This document shows, in pieces, positions 18,227 through 28,363 of a stretch of 64,000 nucleotides of DNA. The position numbers were made by a program, and so were the translations under genes. Below the pieces are notes generated by a model, which was given only the letters and a program-made list of their open reading frames with translations, searched no databases and was not told where the DNA came from. Numbering within the stretch: the first letter of the stretch is position 1; the number at the start of each line of letters is the position of its first letter. Source of the DNA: an uncultured Verrucomicrobiae bacterium (GTDB taxonomy: Bacteria; Verrucomicrobiota; Verrucomicrobiia; Chthoniobacterales; JAFAMB01); contig CAWIPH010000001.1 in assembly GCA_963837955.1 (NCBI GenBank), positions 224,001 to 288,000 on the forward strand. The letters are read 5' to 3'.

Positions 18227-18835
18227 ATGAACCGTTACATCACCTATTTAATTATGGGGCCGCCTGGCAGCGGCAAAGGGACGCAGGGCAAAGTTCTCGG
18301 GACCGTACCTCGTTTCTTTCATTGCGCCTGCGGAGAGGTCTTTCGGTCTTTAGATACCCGGACGGCGCTGGGCAAACAATTTATCGATTACTCGAGCAAA
18401 GGACAACTCGTTCCCGATGACCTTACGGTTCAGCTTTGGCACAGCAGCATCGACGCCCAAGTCGTCGGAGGGCATTTCAAGCCGGATATCGACGCCTTGG
18501 TGCTGGATGGGATCCCGCGCACTGCGAATCAAGCGAGCCTGATGAAAGACATCATCGACGTAAGACGAGTGCTCCATCTTTCTTGTCCGAATCGCACTGA
18601 GTTGGTCCGTCGCTTACGCAAACGCGCGCTTAAAGACAACAGGCTCGACGACGCGAGCGAAACGGTTATTCAGGATCGGCTTCGTGCTTACGACGAGGAG
18701 ACTAAACCTGTCCTTTCCTATTTCGAAGGCATCGTCACTTCGATCGATGCGACTCAGCCGCCGGTGAAAGTGTTATACGATCTGCTCGGCGCAATCTGGG
18801 AATCCCGCAACGGGACCTGGCAATTCAACGCCTAG
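18227..18835 (+). CDS. adk: Adenylate/nucleoside monophosphate kinase (short LID)
   Basis: GPPGSGKGTQ, GQLVPDD, LDGIPRT..QA, NRLDD. Confidence 0.88.
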   Translation: MNRYITYLIMGPPGSGKGTQGKVLGTVPRFFHCACGEVFRSLDTRTALGKQFIDYSSKGQLVPDDLTVQLWHSSIDAQVVGGHFKPDIDALVLDGIPRTANQASLMKDIIDVRRVLHLSCPNRTELVRRLRKRALKDNRLDDASETVIQDRLRAYDEETKPVLSYFEGIVTSIDATQPPVKVLYDLLGAIWESRNGTWQFNA

Positions 18836-18902
18836 GAATAGCCCACTGCGTAGCAAAAACAAAGGCTGCGCCTTGAGACGTTGCCGGTGCTGCCGGTAAA
18901 GT

Positions 18903-19871
18903 GTGGTCGTGAACACTCCTTTGCGGGTCGTCTTTATGGGAAGCGGCGAAATCGGTTTGCCCACATTGCGTTGGCTGCTTCAGTCCCCGAAAGTGCATTT
19001 GGTGGGACTCGTCACCCAACCGGATAAACCGGTCGGAAGATCTCAGGCGCTGACCGCACCCGCCCCCAAACAATTGGCTGGCTCTATCGGAATTCCGGTG
19101 CTGCAACCGCCTCGTGTCCGGAAACCGGAAGCTCTAGCCGATATTGCAGCACTCCGGCCCGACTTGATTGTCGTGATGGCCTACGGCCAGATCTTACCGA
19201 AAGCGCTTTTAGAGATACCCACGATCACCTGCTTGAATCTTCATGCTTCGCTCCTTCCCCGGCATCGCGGTGCTGCGCCGATCCAATCCTCGATTCTCGC
19301 CGGGGACACCACTTCAGGAATTACCGTGATGTATATGGCGGAAGGATTGGATACCGGAGATATTCTTCTACAGAAAAGTCTATCGATCCGCCATCGTGAG
19401 ACGGGCAGCAGTCTGCACGATCGTTTAGCCGCGCTCGCCCCCGAGACCCTGGAGACTGCGTTGGAAATGCTCATTCGCGAGGAAGCACCACGCCTCACAC
19501 AGGTGGAAGACCAAGCAACCTATGCAGGCAAATTGGATCGAGACTCAGGATTGGTGGACTGGAGCGAATCGTGTTGGCAGATTGATCGCTTGATTCGAGC
19601 GATGAATCCGTGGCCCGGAGCTTACACATTGCTTCCGGCGGACGGATCTCCTCGCCGGTTTAAGCTGCACAGAGTCCTGCCGATGCATCGACGAATAGGC
19701 GCTCCAGGCAAAGTATTGGGTAGCACAAACCGAGGCCTAATTGTCGGGACCGGCTCCGGTAGCATTTTGCTGTTGGAAGTGCAGTTGGAAGGTAAACGCC
19801 GCATGAGTGCGCGCGAGTTTGTACGCGGGTTTCCGTTGCCGGCCGGAGTGAGTCTTGGCGTGTCGGCGTGA
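18903..19871 (+). CDS. fmt: Methionyl-tRNA formyltransferase
   Basis: VFMG, VTQPDKPVGR, AYGQIL, NLHASLLPRHRGAAPIQ, GLDTGDI, NPWPGAY. Confidence 0.97.
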   Translation: MVVNTPLRVVFMGSGEIGLPTLRWLLQSPKVHLVGLVTQPDKPVGRSQALTAPAPKQLAGSIGIPVLQPPRVRKPEALADIAALRPDLIVVMAYGQILPKALLEIPTITCLNLHASLLPRHRGAAPIQSSILAGDTTSGITVMYMAEGLDTGDILLQKSLSIRHRETGSSLHDRLAALAPETLETALEMLIREEAPRLTQVEDQATYAGKLDRDSGLVDWSESCWQIDRLIRAMNPWPGAYTLLPADGSPRRFKLHRVLPMHRRIGAPGKVLGSTNRGLIVGTGSGSILLLEVQLEGKRRMSAREFVRGFPLPAGVSLGVSA

Positions 19872-20101
19872 CGGCGTGTCGGCGCCCATGATCGGTAGGG
19901 CGAAAACCGGCGCGCCACAAACGTTGTGATCTCTATTTATTGTTCGCGCCGGGTTTGAGCCGCGAGCGGCTTGCCCTGACACATGACTACGAACGAAAAC
20001 TGCTCTTCCCCTCCAACACGCCGAAACGCCGTCACGCCCATACGCCGTCACGCCAACACGCCGTCACGCCGACACGCCAACACGCCGACACGCCGTCACG
20101 C
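19857..20101. repeat. Inverted octamer arrays (ggcgtgtc)n at 19857-19884 and (nnnacgcc)x11 at ~20015-20101, enclosing a 5' fragment of family B (19890-19962)
   Basis: acgcc recurs every 8 bp from 20018 to 20098; stop codons of fmt and mdtC both lie inside the arrays. Confidence 0.9.
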
Positions 20102-23100
20102 AGGCAGCGGCGCGGTGTCTTCGATTTTCGCTTCGGTGCGCCGGCGGAGTCGATCCAAGTAGAGATAAATGATCGGCGTCGTGTAGAGCGTAAGCATCTG
20201 CGAAACGATCAATCCACCGATGATCGCCACACCGAGCGGCTTGCGAATTTCTGAACCATCCCCTTGTCCTATGGCTAAGGGAATTGCACCAAACATTGCC
20301 GCCAAGGTGGTCATCATGATCGGCCTGAAACGAACGATACACGCTTCATAAATCGCTTCTGCCGGAGTCAATCGGTGCTCCCGTTCAGTTTCCAACGCAA
20401 AATCGACCATCATGATCGCGTTCTTTTTTACGATCCCGATCAAGAGGATGATTCCGATAATCGAGACAATGGACAGCTCGACTTGGCAAATAAGGAGAGC
20501 TAGCAACGCACCCAGACCGGCCGAGGGCAAGGTCGACAAAATCGTGATAGGATGGATAAAGCTTTCGTAAAGAATTCCGAGCACGATGTAGACCGCGACG
20601 ATCGCTGTAAGGATCAACACCGGCTCAGAAGAGAGCGAATCCTGGAACACCTGAGCAGTTCCCTGAAACCCTCCTCTGATGTCGTCCGGCATGTGAATTG
20701 CCGCAGCCGCTTTACTGATGATATCGGTTGCGTCTTTAAGTGAAGTACCTACGTCAAGGTTAAAGGAAAAGGTTACCGCTGGGAACTGACCCTGGTGATT
20801 GATCGAAGTAGGTGTATTCGTTGTCCGAAAGTGAGCAATCGCACTGAGCGGTACAACGATCCCGTGCGAACCGGTCACATAAATTTTGTCCAGGGCCGTT
20901 GGGTCCTGGAGATATTCCGGGAGAGCTTCCAAGACCACATGGAATTGGTTACGATCGGTGTACATCACCGAAACCTGCCTTTGGCCAAAAGCGCTATACA
21001 ACGCGCTATCCACTTGCTGCGGCTGAATACCGAGCTGGGCTGCTTTCTTTCGGTCGACCACCACATCTGATTGCAAACCCTGTTGCTGTTGGTCAGTTGT
21101 AAGATCTTTAAGTTTCGAATTCTTTTGCAGCTCAGCCATCAGCTTCGGAACCCAGGTATTGAGCTCTTTTTGGTCGGGGCAGACCAACGAGTAGATGTAT
21201 TGGCCCTTGGTAGGCCGGCCGCCGACTCTGATATCCTGAGTAGCTTGGAAAAAGCAGCCGATTCCAGGAATTCGCGAGGTTTTCGCACGGAGCCGAGCTA
21301 CGACCTGGGTTGCGTTATCTTTGCGTTCACTCCGAGGTTTCAAAGTGACGAACATGCGCCCTTGGCTGACGCTGCCGCCGCCGCCACTGCCGACTGCTGA
21401 GGTTATCGATGCGACAGCTGGGTCGCGTCTAACGATCTCGGCGACCTGGTTCTGCTTCTCGACCATTGCATCGAACGAAATATCCTGGGCGCCTTCCGTG
21501 ATCCCCATGATGGCGCCAGTGTCTTGCTGTGGGAAAAATCCCTTTGGCACGACGTTGTAAAGCCACACCGTTAAACAGAGCGTCGCCACCGTAACCAACA
21601 ACATCAAAAAGGAGTGTTTTAAGGTCCAACGCAGCGACCGCGCGTAGAAGCCAAGCATCCCGCTGAACATCGCTTCGGTGATCCGATAAAAATGGCCACG
21701 TGGTTGGTCGCGACGCTCTTCTTTGAGCAACCGGGAACAGAGCATCGGGGTTACGGTCAGCGAGACTATTCCTGATACCAAAATAGCAACGCTCAGCGTC
21801 ACGGAGAACTCATGGAATTGCCGTCCAATAATTCCCCCCATGAATAACAGCGGGATGAAAACGGCAACAAGCGAGATACTGATAGAGAGCACCGTGAACC
21901 CAATCTGTTTGGCGCCTTTAAAAGTAGCCTCAATCGGAGAAAGTCCTTGCTCAACATACCGAACAATATTTTCGATCACGACGATCGCGTCATCCACGAC
22001 AAACCCCACCGAGATAGTCAGCGCCATCAGCGAAATATTGTCCAAGCTGAAATTTAACAGGTACATCGCTGCAAAGGTGCCGGCGAGCGACAAAGGAACC
22101 GCCGCACAGGCGATAAAAGTCGTGGACACTCGCCGAAGAAAGAGAAAACAAACCATGACGACCAGGGCGACACTGATCAGTAATGAAGTCTGCACATCGG
22201 CAACTGACGCGCGAATTGTTAGTGTCCGATCACTTTGGATATCGATATGAATGGCTGGCGGAAGCCAACGCTGCAGCTGAGGCAGAATTTCCTTTATGCG
22301 GTCGACCGTCTCAATGACGTTAGCGTCCGCTTGCTTCCGAATAAACAGGACGACCGCTCGCTTTGAGTTGAACCAGGCGGCTTGTAACCGGTCCTCGGTC
22401 GCGTCGATAACGCGACCGACAGCGCTCAAAGGGATGGGCACGCCGTTTTTCTCGCCAATAATCAAATTTTTGTAATCGGCGGCCGTATACAACTGGTCGT
22501 TGGCATTGACTGTGAAACTGTCGAGATCGCCCTCAATTGACCCTTTGGGCTCATCCTTGTTTTGGCCCCGCAAAACATTGCGCACACTGTCGATACTGAG
22601 CCCCATCGAGGCGAGAGCCGCGGGATCAACCTGTACCCGCACAGCGGATTTCGCCCCTCCGCCAACACCAACCTGGCTTACACCCGGTACTTGGGATATC
22701 GCCGGAACCAGCAGCTCAGTCGCGTAGTTATATATCTGAGAGAGCGGGAATGCGTCGGAAGTCAAAGCGAGAATTAACACCGGAGCATCGTTCGGATTCG
22801 CTTTGTGATAGTTGGGAGGGGTCGGCAACCCAGGGGGAAGTTCATTCTGCGCGGCATTAATAGCAGCTTGAACGTCCCGGGCAGCAGCATTGATATCCCG
22901 GGAGAGATCGAATTGGAGCGTAATCTGCGTCCCGTTCATCTGATTGACCGAGGTGATTTCGCTCACCCCGGCAATATTGGCGAAACGCCTCTCTAACGGA
23001 GCCGCCAACGAAGTGGCCGCAGTCTCCGGGTCAACCCCTGGATAGTTAGCGGAAACGTTGATGGTCGGTAAGTCAACTTGCGGTAGCGGCGCGACCGGCA

Positions 23101-23194
23101 GGAAACGGTAAGCAACCAAGCCAGCCAGCATCAGCCCGATCGCCAGGAGCGAGGTGGCAATTGGTCGACGAATGAATGGCTCGGAAATGCTCAT
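20096..23194 (-). CDS. mdtC: RND efflux permease, MdtC-like
   Basis: PFIRRPIATSLL, GFVVDDAIVVIEN, GIVKKNAIMMVDFA, RFRPIMMTT; second RND of the pair. Confidence 0.92.
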   Translation of the reverse strand: MSISEPFIRRPIATSLLAIGLMLAGLVAYRFLPVAPLPQVDLPTINVSANYPGVDPETAATSLAAPLERRFANIAGVSEITSVNQMNGTQITLQFDLSRDINAAARDVQAAINAAQNELPPGLPTPPNYHKANPNDAPVLILALTSDAFPLSQIYNYATELLVPAISQVPGVSQVGVGGGAKSAVRVQVDPAALASMGLSIDSVRNVLRGQNKDEPKGSIEGDLDSFTVNANDQLYTAADYKNLIIGEKNGVPIPLSAVGRVIDATEDRLQAAWFNSKRAVVLFIRKQADANVIETVDRIKEILPQLQRWLPPAIHIDIQSDRTLTIRASVADVQTSLLISVALVVMVCFLFLRRVSTTFIACAAVPLSLAGTFAAMYLLNFSLDNISLMALTISVGFVVDDAIVVIENIVRYVEQGLSPIEATFKGAKQIGFTVLSISISLVAVFIPLLFMGGIIGRQFHEFSVTLSVAILVSGIVSLTVTPMLCSRLLKEERRDQPRGHFYRITEAMFSGMLGFYARSLRWTLKHSFLMLLVTVATLCLTVWLYNVVPKGFFPQQDTGAIMGITEGAQDISFDAMVEKQNQVAEIVRRDPAVASITSAVGSGGGGSVSQGRMFVTLKPRSERKDNATQVVARLRAKTSRIPGIGCFFQATQDIRVGGRPTKGQYIYSLVCPDQKELNTWVPKLMAELQKNSKLKDLTTDQQQQGLQSDVVVDRKKAAQLGIQPQQVDSALYSAFGQRQVSVMYTDRNQFHVVLEALPEYLQDPTALDKIYVTGSHGIVVPLSAIAHFRTTNTPTSINHQGQFPAVTFSFNLDVGTSLKDATDIISKAAAAIHMPDDIRGGFQGTAQVFQDSLSSEPVLILTAIVAVYIVLGILYESFIHPITILSTLPSAGLGALLALLICQVELSIVSIIGIILLIGIVKKNAIMMVDFALETEREHRLTPAEAIYEACIVRFRPIMMTTLAAMFGAIPLAIGQGDGSEIRKPLGVAIIGGLIVSQMLTLYTTPIIYLYLDRLRRRTEAKIEDTAPLPA

Positions 23195-23203
23195 AAAACT
23201 GCC

Positions 23204-23266
23204 AAGGACCAGCTCCTGCTGCTCCGGTTATTCGTTTGGACAAACGGAGCTCGTCCCTACCGAAAA
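23204..23266. repeat. GTAG-type REP pair (family C), between mdtB and mdtC
   Basis: aggaccagctcc..ggagctcgtccctaccgaaaat; homologous to 26461-26520. Confidence 0.7.
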
Positions 23267-26200
23267 TTAGTGGATCATCGCGGGTTCGAGCTCAGCGGGT
23301 TTGGCCGGAGGCTGCTTCCGTCGCCGGCTCAGGAACTTCCCGAGCTTGTCCATATACAAATACATCACCGGGGTGGTGTAGAGCGTCAGAATTTGCGATA
23401 CCAACAGCCCACCAACGATCGTTATACCGAGGGGCTTCCGCAGCTCCGCTCCGGTTCCTTCCTGAATAGCGAGAGGCAAAGCGCCTAAAAGAGCTGCCAT
23501 CGTGGTCATCATGATCGGCCGAAAACGCAACAGGCACGCCTGATAAATTGACTCTTCCGGGGTCTTGCCTTCCTCGCGTTCGGCGTCGAGTGCAAAGTCG
23601 ATCATCATGATCGCGTTCTTCTTTACGATACCGATCAACAAGATTATCCCGACCAACGCAATCAACGAAAAATCGATATGGAAGATCAGGAGCGCGAGCA
23701 ATGCGCCAACACCGGCGGACGGAAGAGTCGATAAGATCGTGATCGGATGAATATAACTTTCATAGAGGACACCCAGGACGATGTATATCACCACGACTGC
23801 CGCAAGGATAAGGTACGGCTCTGATGCCAGCGATCGCTGGAACTCCGCCGCGGTCCCGGAAAAGCTGGTAGCGATTGTTTCGGGCATCCCGATCTTGGCT
23901 TTGGCCGCTTGAATAACTTGGACTGCTTCTCCTAGAGACTGCCCTGGCGCCAGATTGAACGAGATGGTGATGGCCGGAAATAGATTCTGATGAAGCACGG
24001 AGAGCGGCGCAATGGTAGTGCGCATAGTAGCGAAAGCCGACAGCGGAATCTGGGGGCCGCCCGTCGTAATTGCGCCGTTTGCGGTCACGGACCCGCTAGA
24101 GGAGATGTTAGCCTGGTTAATGCCGGAAGCATTGACGTAAATTTTGTCTAAAACGGACGGCGAGGTCTTAAACTTGGGCTGAGCTTCCAAGACGACCCAG
24201 AACTGGTTCAGCTGTGTAAAAATGATCGAGATCTGCCGCTGACCAAAACTGTCGTAGAGCACATTATCGATGGCATCGATTTGAACACCTAACCGGGACG
24301 CCTTCTCGCGATCGATATCTACGACTACCTGTTGCCCCTGCGATTGCTGATCGCTAGCCACGTCGCTCAAAGCCGGTGACTTCTTTAGCTCGTTCAGCAA
24401 TCTCGGAGTCCACTGAGCCAACTCCTCGGCGTTGGCATCCTCCAATACATACTGATATTGCGTGCGGCTAACTCGCGTGTCGATCTGCAGATCCTGAACC
24501 GACTGCATGAAAAGGCTGATACCCTGCAAATCCTTCGTCGCCTCCCGAAGCCGCCCAATAATTTGATCGGCGCTAGCGCTCCGTTTTTCGCGAGGCTTCA
24601 AAACAATGTACAGACGGCCGGTGTTCACGGTCGCATTGACGGTTCCGGCGCCGACAAATGCCGCGACATTCTGGACATCGGGATCCTTAAGAACGATGTC
24701 GGAAACTTCGTGCTGCTTCTCCAACATCGCCTTAAATGAGATGTTCTCGGCAGCGTCGGTCACTCCGATTATTTCGCCAGTATCTTGCTGCGGCAGCAAA
24801 CCTTTGGGCACGACAAGATAGAGGTAAATCGTCGCAACCAGCGTGACGATTGCCACAATGAGCGTAAACAAACGATTCCGCAAAACCCACTTCAGTCCGC
24901 TCTCGTAAAAGCGCAGCATCCCGTCGAACATCCGTTCACTCAGCTGGTAGAGCTTGCCGCGTTTCTTGTGATCGATCGGTTTGAGAAATTTCGCGCACAT
25001 CATTGGCGTCAGCGTGAGCGATACCAGAGCCGAAACAATGACTGCCACGCTAAGCGTGATGGCAAACTCCCGGAAAAGCCGGCCGACGATGCCGGTCATA
25101 AAGAGCAACGGAATGAATACGGCAATGAGAGAGATGCTCAGCGAAATGACGGTAAATCCGATTTGCCGCGCACCTTTTAAGGCAGCTAAGAGCGGTTCCT
25201 CACCAGCCTCAATGTAGCGGAAAATGTTCTCGATCATCACGATAGCGTCATCGACCACAAACCCGGTCGAGATGGTAAGAGCCATCAAAGAGAGGTTATT
25301 CAGGCTGAATCCAGCCAGGTACATAACCCCGAACGTGCCGATGAGAGAGAGAGGCAGGGCAACGCTCGGAATAATGGTCGCCCAAAGCCGCCGCAGAAAA
25401 ATGAAAATCACCAGGATGACTAACGCCACTGTCAAAATGAGCGTGAATTGCACATCCCGTACGGAGGCTCGGATGGTTTCCGTCCGGTCCGTCAAGATCG
25501 AGACATGAACTGTTGGAGGAAGCGACGCCGTTAACGTAGGAAGGAGTTTTTTGATACGATCGACAGTCTGGATGATGTTTGCCCCTGGCTGCCTTTGTAC
25601 GTCGACTAACACGGCCGGGGTCGAGCCAACCCACGCAGCCAACTGATCATCTTCCACCCCATCGACCACGTCCGCTACATCGCTCAAATGAACAGCGGCT
25701 CCATTCTTGTACGCGATGATCAATGGACGGTATTGGTCGGCAGTAAGTAATTGATCGTTAGACCCGATCATGTAGGACTGCCGTGCTCCATTAAAGCTCC
25801 CTTTCGGCGCGTCCACATTGGCTTGGGTTATGACGTTCCGCAGATCTTCCGGGCCCATGTTGAGTCCCGCGAGGGCAGTCGGATTGAATTGGATCCGGAC
25901 GGCTGGCTTCTGATTCCCTTCAATTGTTACGAGTCCGACACCGGCGACTTGACTCAGCTTCTCCGCGAGGAGCGTGTCGGCATAATCATTTACCTTAGCG
26001 ATAGGCAATGTTTCCGACGTGATTGCCAGTGTGAGAATCGGCGTATCAGCCGGGTTAACCTTATTGTAGACAGGAAGGTTTGGTAGATCGTTCGGGAGAT
26101 AACCTCTGGCTACATTGATCGCGGCCTGAACGTCCTGGGCTGCGACATCGATGTCGCGATTCAAATCAAATTGCAATGTGATCGTACTGACCCCAAACGA

Positions 26201-26452
26201 GCTTGTTGAGGTCATCGAAGTCAGGCCACTGATTTGATCAAATTGCGATTCGAGCGGAGTCGTCACCGCCGACGTCATCACCTGCGGACTTGCCCCGGGA
26301 TAACGGGTAACTACCTGGATGGTAGGAAAGTCGACCGTAGGCAGCGACGATATCGGGAGCAATGAGTATCCAAGGAGACCCAGCAGGATGACGCCCGCCA
26401 TGAGTAGCGAAGTCGCTATTGGCCGCCTGATGAAGGGTTCCGAAACGTTCAT
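23267..26452 (-). CDS. mdtB: RND efflux permease, MdtB-like
   Basis: RPIATSLLMAG..PTVDFPTIQV, YNKVNPADTPIL, DDAIVMIEN, ACLLRFRPIMMTT. Confidence 0.93.
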   Translation of the reverse strand: MNVSEPFIRRPIATSLLMAGVILLGLLGYSLLPISSLPTVDFPTIQVVTRYPGASPQVMTSAVTTPLESQFDQISGLTSMTSTSSFGVSTITLQFDLNRDIDVAAQDVQAAINVARGYLPNDLPNLPVYNKVNPADTPILTLAITSETLPIAKVNDYADTLLAEKLSQVAGVGLVTIEGNQKPAVRIQFNPTALAGLNMGPEDLRNVITQANVDAPKGSFNGARQSYMIGSNDQLLTADQYRPLIIAYKNGAAVHLSDVADVVDGVEDDQLAAWVGSTPAVLVDVQRQPGANIIQTVDRIKKLLPTLTASLPPTVHVSILTDRTETIRASVRDVQFTLILTVALVILVIFIFLRRLWATIIPSVALPLSLIGTFGVMYLAGFSLNNLSLMALTISTGFVVDDAIVMIENIFRYIEAGEEPLLAALKGARQIGFTVISLSISLIAVFIPLLFMTGIVGRLFREFAITLSVAVIVSALVSLTLTPMMCAKFLKPIDHKKRGKLYQLSERMFDGMLRFYESGLKWVLRNRLFTLIVAIVTLVATIYLYLVVPKGLLPQQDTGEIIGVTDAAENISFKAMLEKQHEVSDIVLKDPDVQNVAAFVGAGTVNATVNTGRLYIVLKPREKRSASADQIIGRLREATKDLQGISLFMQSVQDLQIDTRVSRTQYQYVLEDANAEELAQWTPRLLNELKKSPALSDVASDQQSQGQQVVVDIDREKASRLGVQIDAIDNVLYDSFGQRQISIIFTQLNQFWVVLEAQPKFKTSPSVLDKIYVNASGINQANISSSGSVTANGAITTGGPQIPLSAFATMRTTIAPLSVLHQNLFPAITISFNLAPGQSLGEAVQVIQAAKAKIGMPETIATSFSGTAAEFQRSLASEPYLILAAVVVIYIVLGVLYESYIHPITILSTLPSAGVGALLALLIFHIDFSLIALVGIILLIGIVKKNAIMMIDFALDAEREEGKTPEESIYQACLLRFRPIMMTTMAALLGALPLAIQEGTGAELRKPLGITIVGGLLVSQILTLYTTPVMYLYMDKLGKFLSRRRKQPPAKPAELEPAMIH

Positions 26453-26460
26453 AGTAGGAT

Positions 26461-26520
26461 GGTAGGACGAGCTCCCGCTCGTCCGAAGCGGACCAGCAAG
26501 AGTTGGTCCCTACCGAAAAT
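26461..26520. repeat. GTAG-type REP pair (family C), between mdtA and mdtB
   Basis: ggtaggacgagctcccgctcgtcc + ggaccagcaagagttggtccctacc: two inverted hairpins with GTAG/CTAC ends. Confidence 0.8.
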
Positions 26521-26523
26521 TAC

Positions 26524-27837
26524 TTAACCACCGCTAGTACTTCCTTGGGGTTGTGAAGGTGGCGTTTCGTCTGAAGCAGCGGTCTTTTGATCTCGCTGGC
26601 GATTCCGGACGGGGCTATTCGATTCACTAATCCGCTGCGGCGATTTTCCGGGAGTCGTTAAAATGACCTTCGAACCCGGCTGGAGCTTATACTGCCCATC
26701 CACCACAACCTGTTCCCCTTCTTGGAGGCCGTCGTCGATCAGCGCTAGGCCGTTATCGACTTGATTGACGGTGAGGGGTCGCATCTCGACCGTCTGATCC
26801 GGTTTAATGACATAGGCAAACGCTCCATTCGGTCCGCGTTGAACCACCGAAGCAGGTACGACTAGCCCATCTTTACGCGTCGTCACCAAAAGCCGCGAAT
26901 TGACGAATTGACCTGGCCAAAGCTTCAGATCCTCGTTAGCAAAAGTTGCCTTTAACAGAATCGTGCCAGTCGTTTGGTCAATCTGGTTATTGACCACCGC
27001 CAGCACTCCTTCGCTCAGAGGTTTGCTGTAATCGCGATCCACGGCAAACACTTTCAGCTGTCCCTTAGCCGCCTCTTCGTTGACTTGAGTAAGTTCTTGC
27101 TGCGGAAGCGTGAAGACCACCGAAATCGGCTTGAGCTGAGTTATAGTCACAATGCCGTTCGAGTCAGATGCGTGCACGATGTTGCCGACATCGACCTGGC
27201 GAACGCCAGTTCGGCCATCGATTGGCGACGTTACTTTAGTGTAGTCCAGATTTACTTTGGCACTCTCGATGTTCGCCTCATCCGCCTTCACCAGAGCTTG
27301 GAACTGCTCGACTTGGAATTTGGCAGTGTCGTAGGTCTGGTGGTCGAGCACGTTCTTAGCGATCAGGTCGGCGTCTCGCTGGAATACGACCTGCGCATTG
27401 TCGAGCTGTGCTTGATCCTGGGCTCGTTTGGCTAGCGCCTGATCATAGACTGCCTGATAAGGCGCAGAATCAATCACGGCCAAGAGATCTCCGGTCTTCA
27501 CATCCTGCCCTTCCTTGAAGGCAATCTGCTTTATTTGACCGTCCACCCGGACTCGGACCGTCACCGTGTTGTATGCTTGAACGGTGCCGATACCATTGAG
27601 AAAAATGGGCACATCCTGCTTCTTCACCGTTCCAGCAACTATCGGAACCGGCGCCCCGGCTCCCGCGCCTGGGCCGCCCGGGTGGCCATTCGAAGGATGT
27701 TGCGCGCTTTTACCCTGCCCATCCGTTTGCGAGGTGTCCTGAGAAGGAGAATCGGCTGGCGGTCGATGCAGGTACCACCAAACGCCAGTGGTTCCAGCAA
27801 GAAACACCAAAAGAATGATCCAGCGGAACCTGCGCAT
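26524..27837 (-). CDS. mdtA: RND periplasmic adaptor, MdtA-like
   Basis: GIGTVQAYNTVTVRVRVDGQ, SPIDGRTGVRQVDVGN, LWPGQFVN; likely start MRRFRWIILL at 27837. Confidence 0.92.
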   Translation of the reverse strand: MRRFRWIILLVFLAGTTGVWWYLHRPPADSPSQDTSQTDGQGKSAQHPSNGHPGGPGAGAGAPVPIVAGTVKKQDVPIFLNGIGTVQAYNTVTVRVRVDGQIKQIAFKEGQDVKTGDLLAVIDSAPYQAVYDQALAKRAQDQAQLDNAQVVFQRDADLIAKNVLDHQTYDTAKFQVEQFQALVKADEANIESAKVNLDYTKVTSPIDGRTGVRQVDVGNIVHASDSNGIVTITQLKPISVVFTLPQQELTQVNEEAAKGQLKVFAVDRDYSKPLSEGVLAVVNNQIDQTTGTILLKATFANEDLKLWPGQFVNSRLLVTTRKDGLVVPASVVQRGPNGAFAYVIKPDQTVEMRPLTVNQVDNGLALIDDGLQEGEQVVVDGQYKLQPGSKVILTTPGKSPQRISESNSPVRNRQRDQKTAASDETPPSQPQGSTSGG

Positions 27838-28363
27838 AATTATTATTTCCAAAATCGCGCTGACATCTGTATACGCGAGGGCTGCGACCCAGGATAGTAC
27901 ACCGTTTTTCGCCCACCTGATAACACGGAAGGAACCAATTCCGAGATCGTCCGTGCGGATCGCTTCCGTTTTCGTGCAAAATTCATGAGCTTTTCCCAAT
28001 TCGGTTTCATCGTTTCCTCCCTCAACGCATCGGAGCGAGATTTTTGCCTTTGCAGGCGCACCTTCTGTGCCCGCTTAGAGAATGATCGCGCGGCCATTGA
28101 ATTTCTCATGCATACATGAGACGCACCCCGCCTCCGGGGTCCCGCCCGTTTTCCGTCAACGGTCGGATGAGACACGTGGGCGGCTACCAACAATGGCCGA
28201 AGGTATTCCCGATCGCTATCTATAGGACCGACAGCTCCATCGTGGTGGTTGGTTTTGTCAGCCGTCAGCGGCTCCGCGATGCCATTGATGATCTGGACGG
28301 GCCCGGCGCTGTGGGATAATCCCCGCTATTGTCCCCGACTCGCGCGTGACTCCGCCGGGGTTT

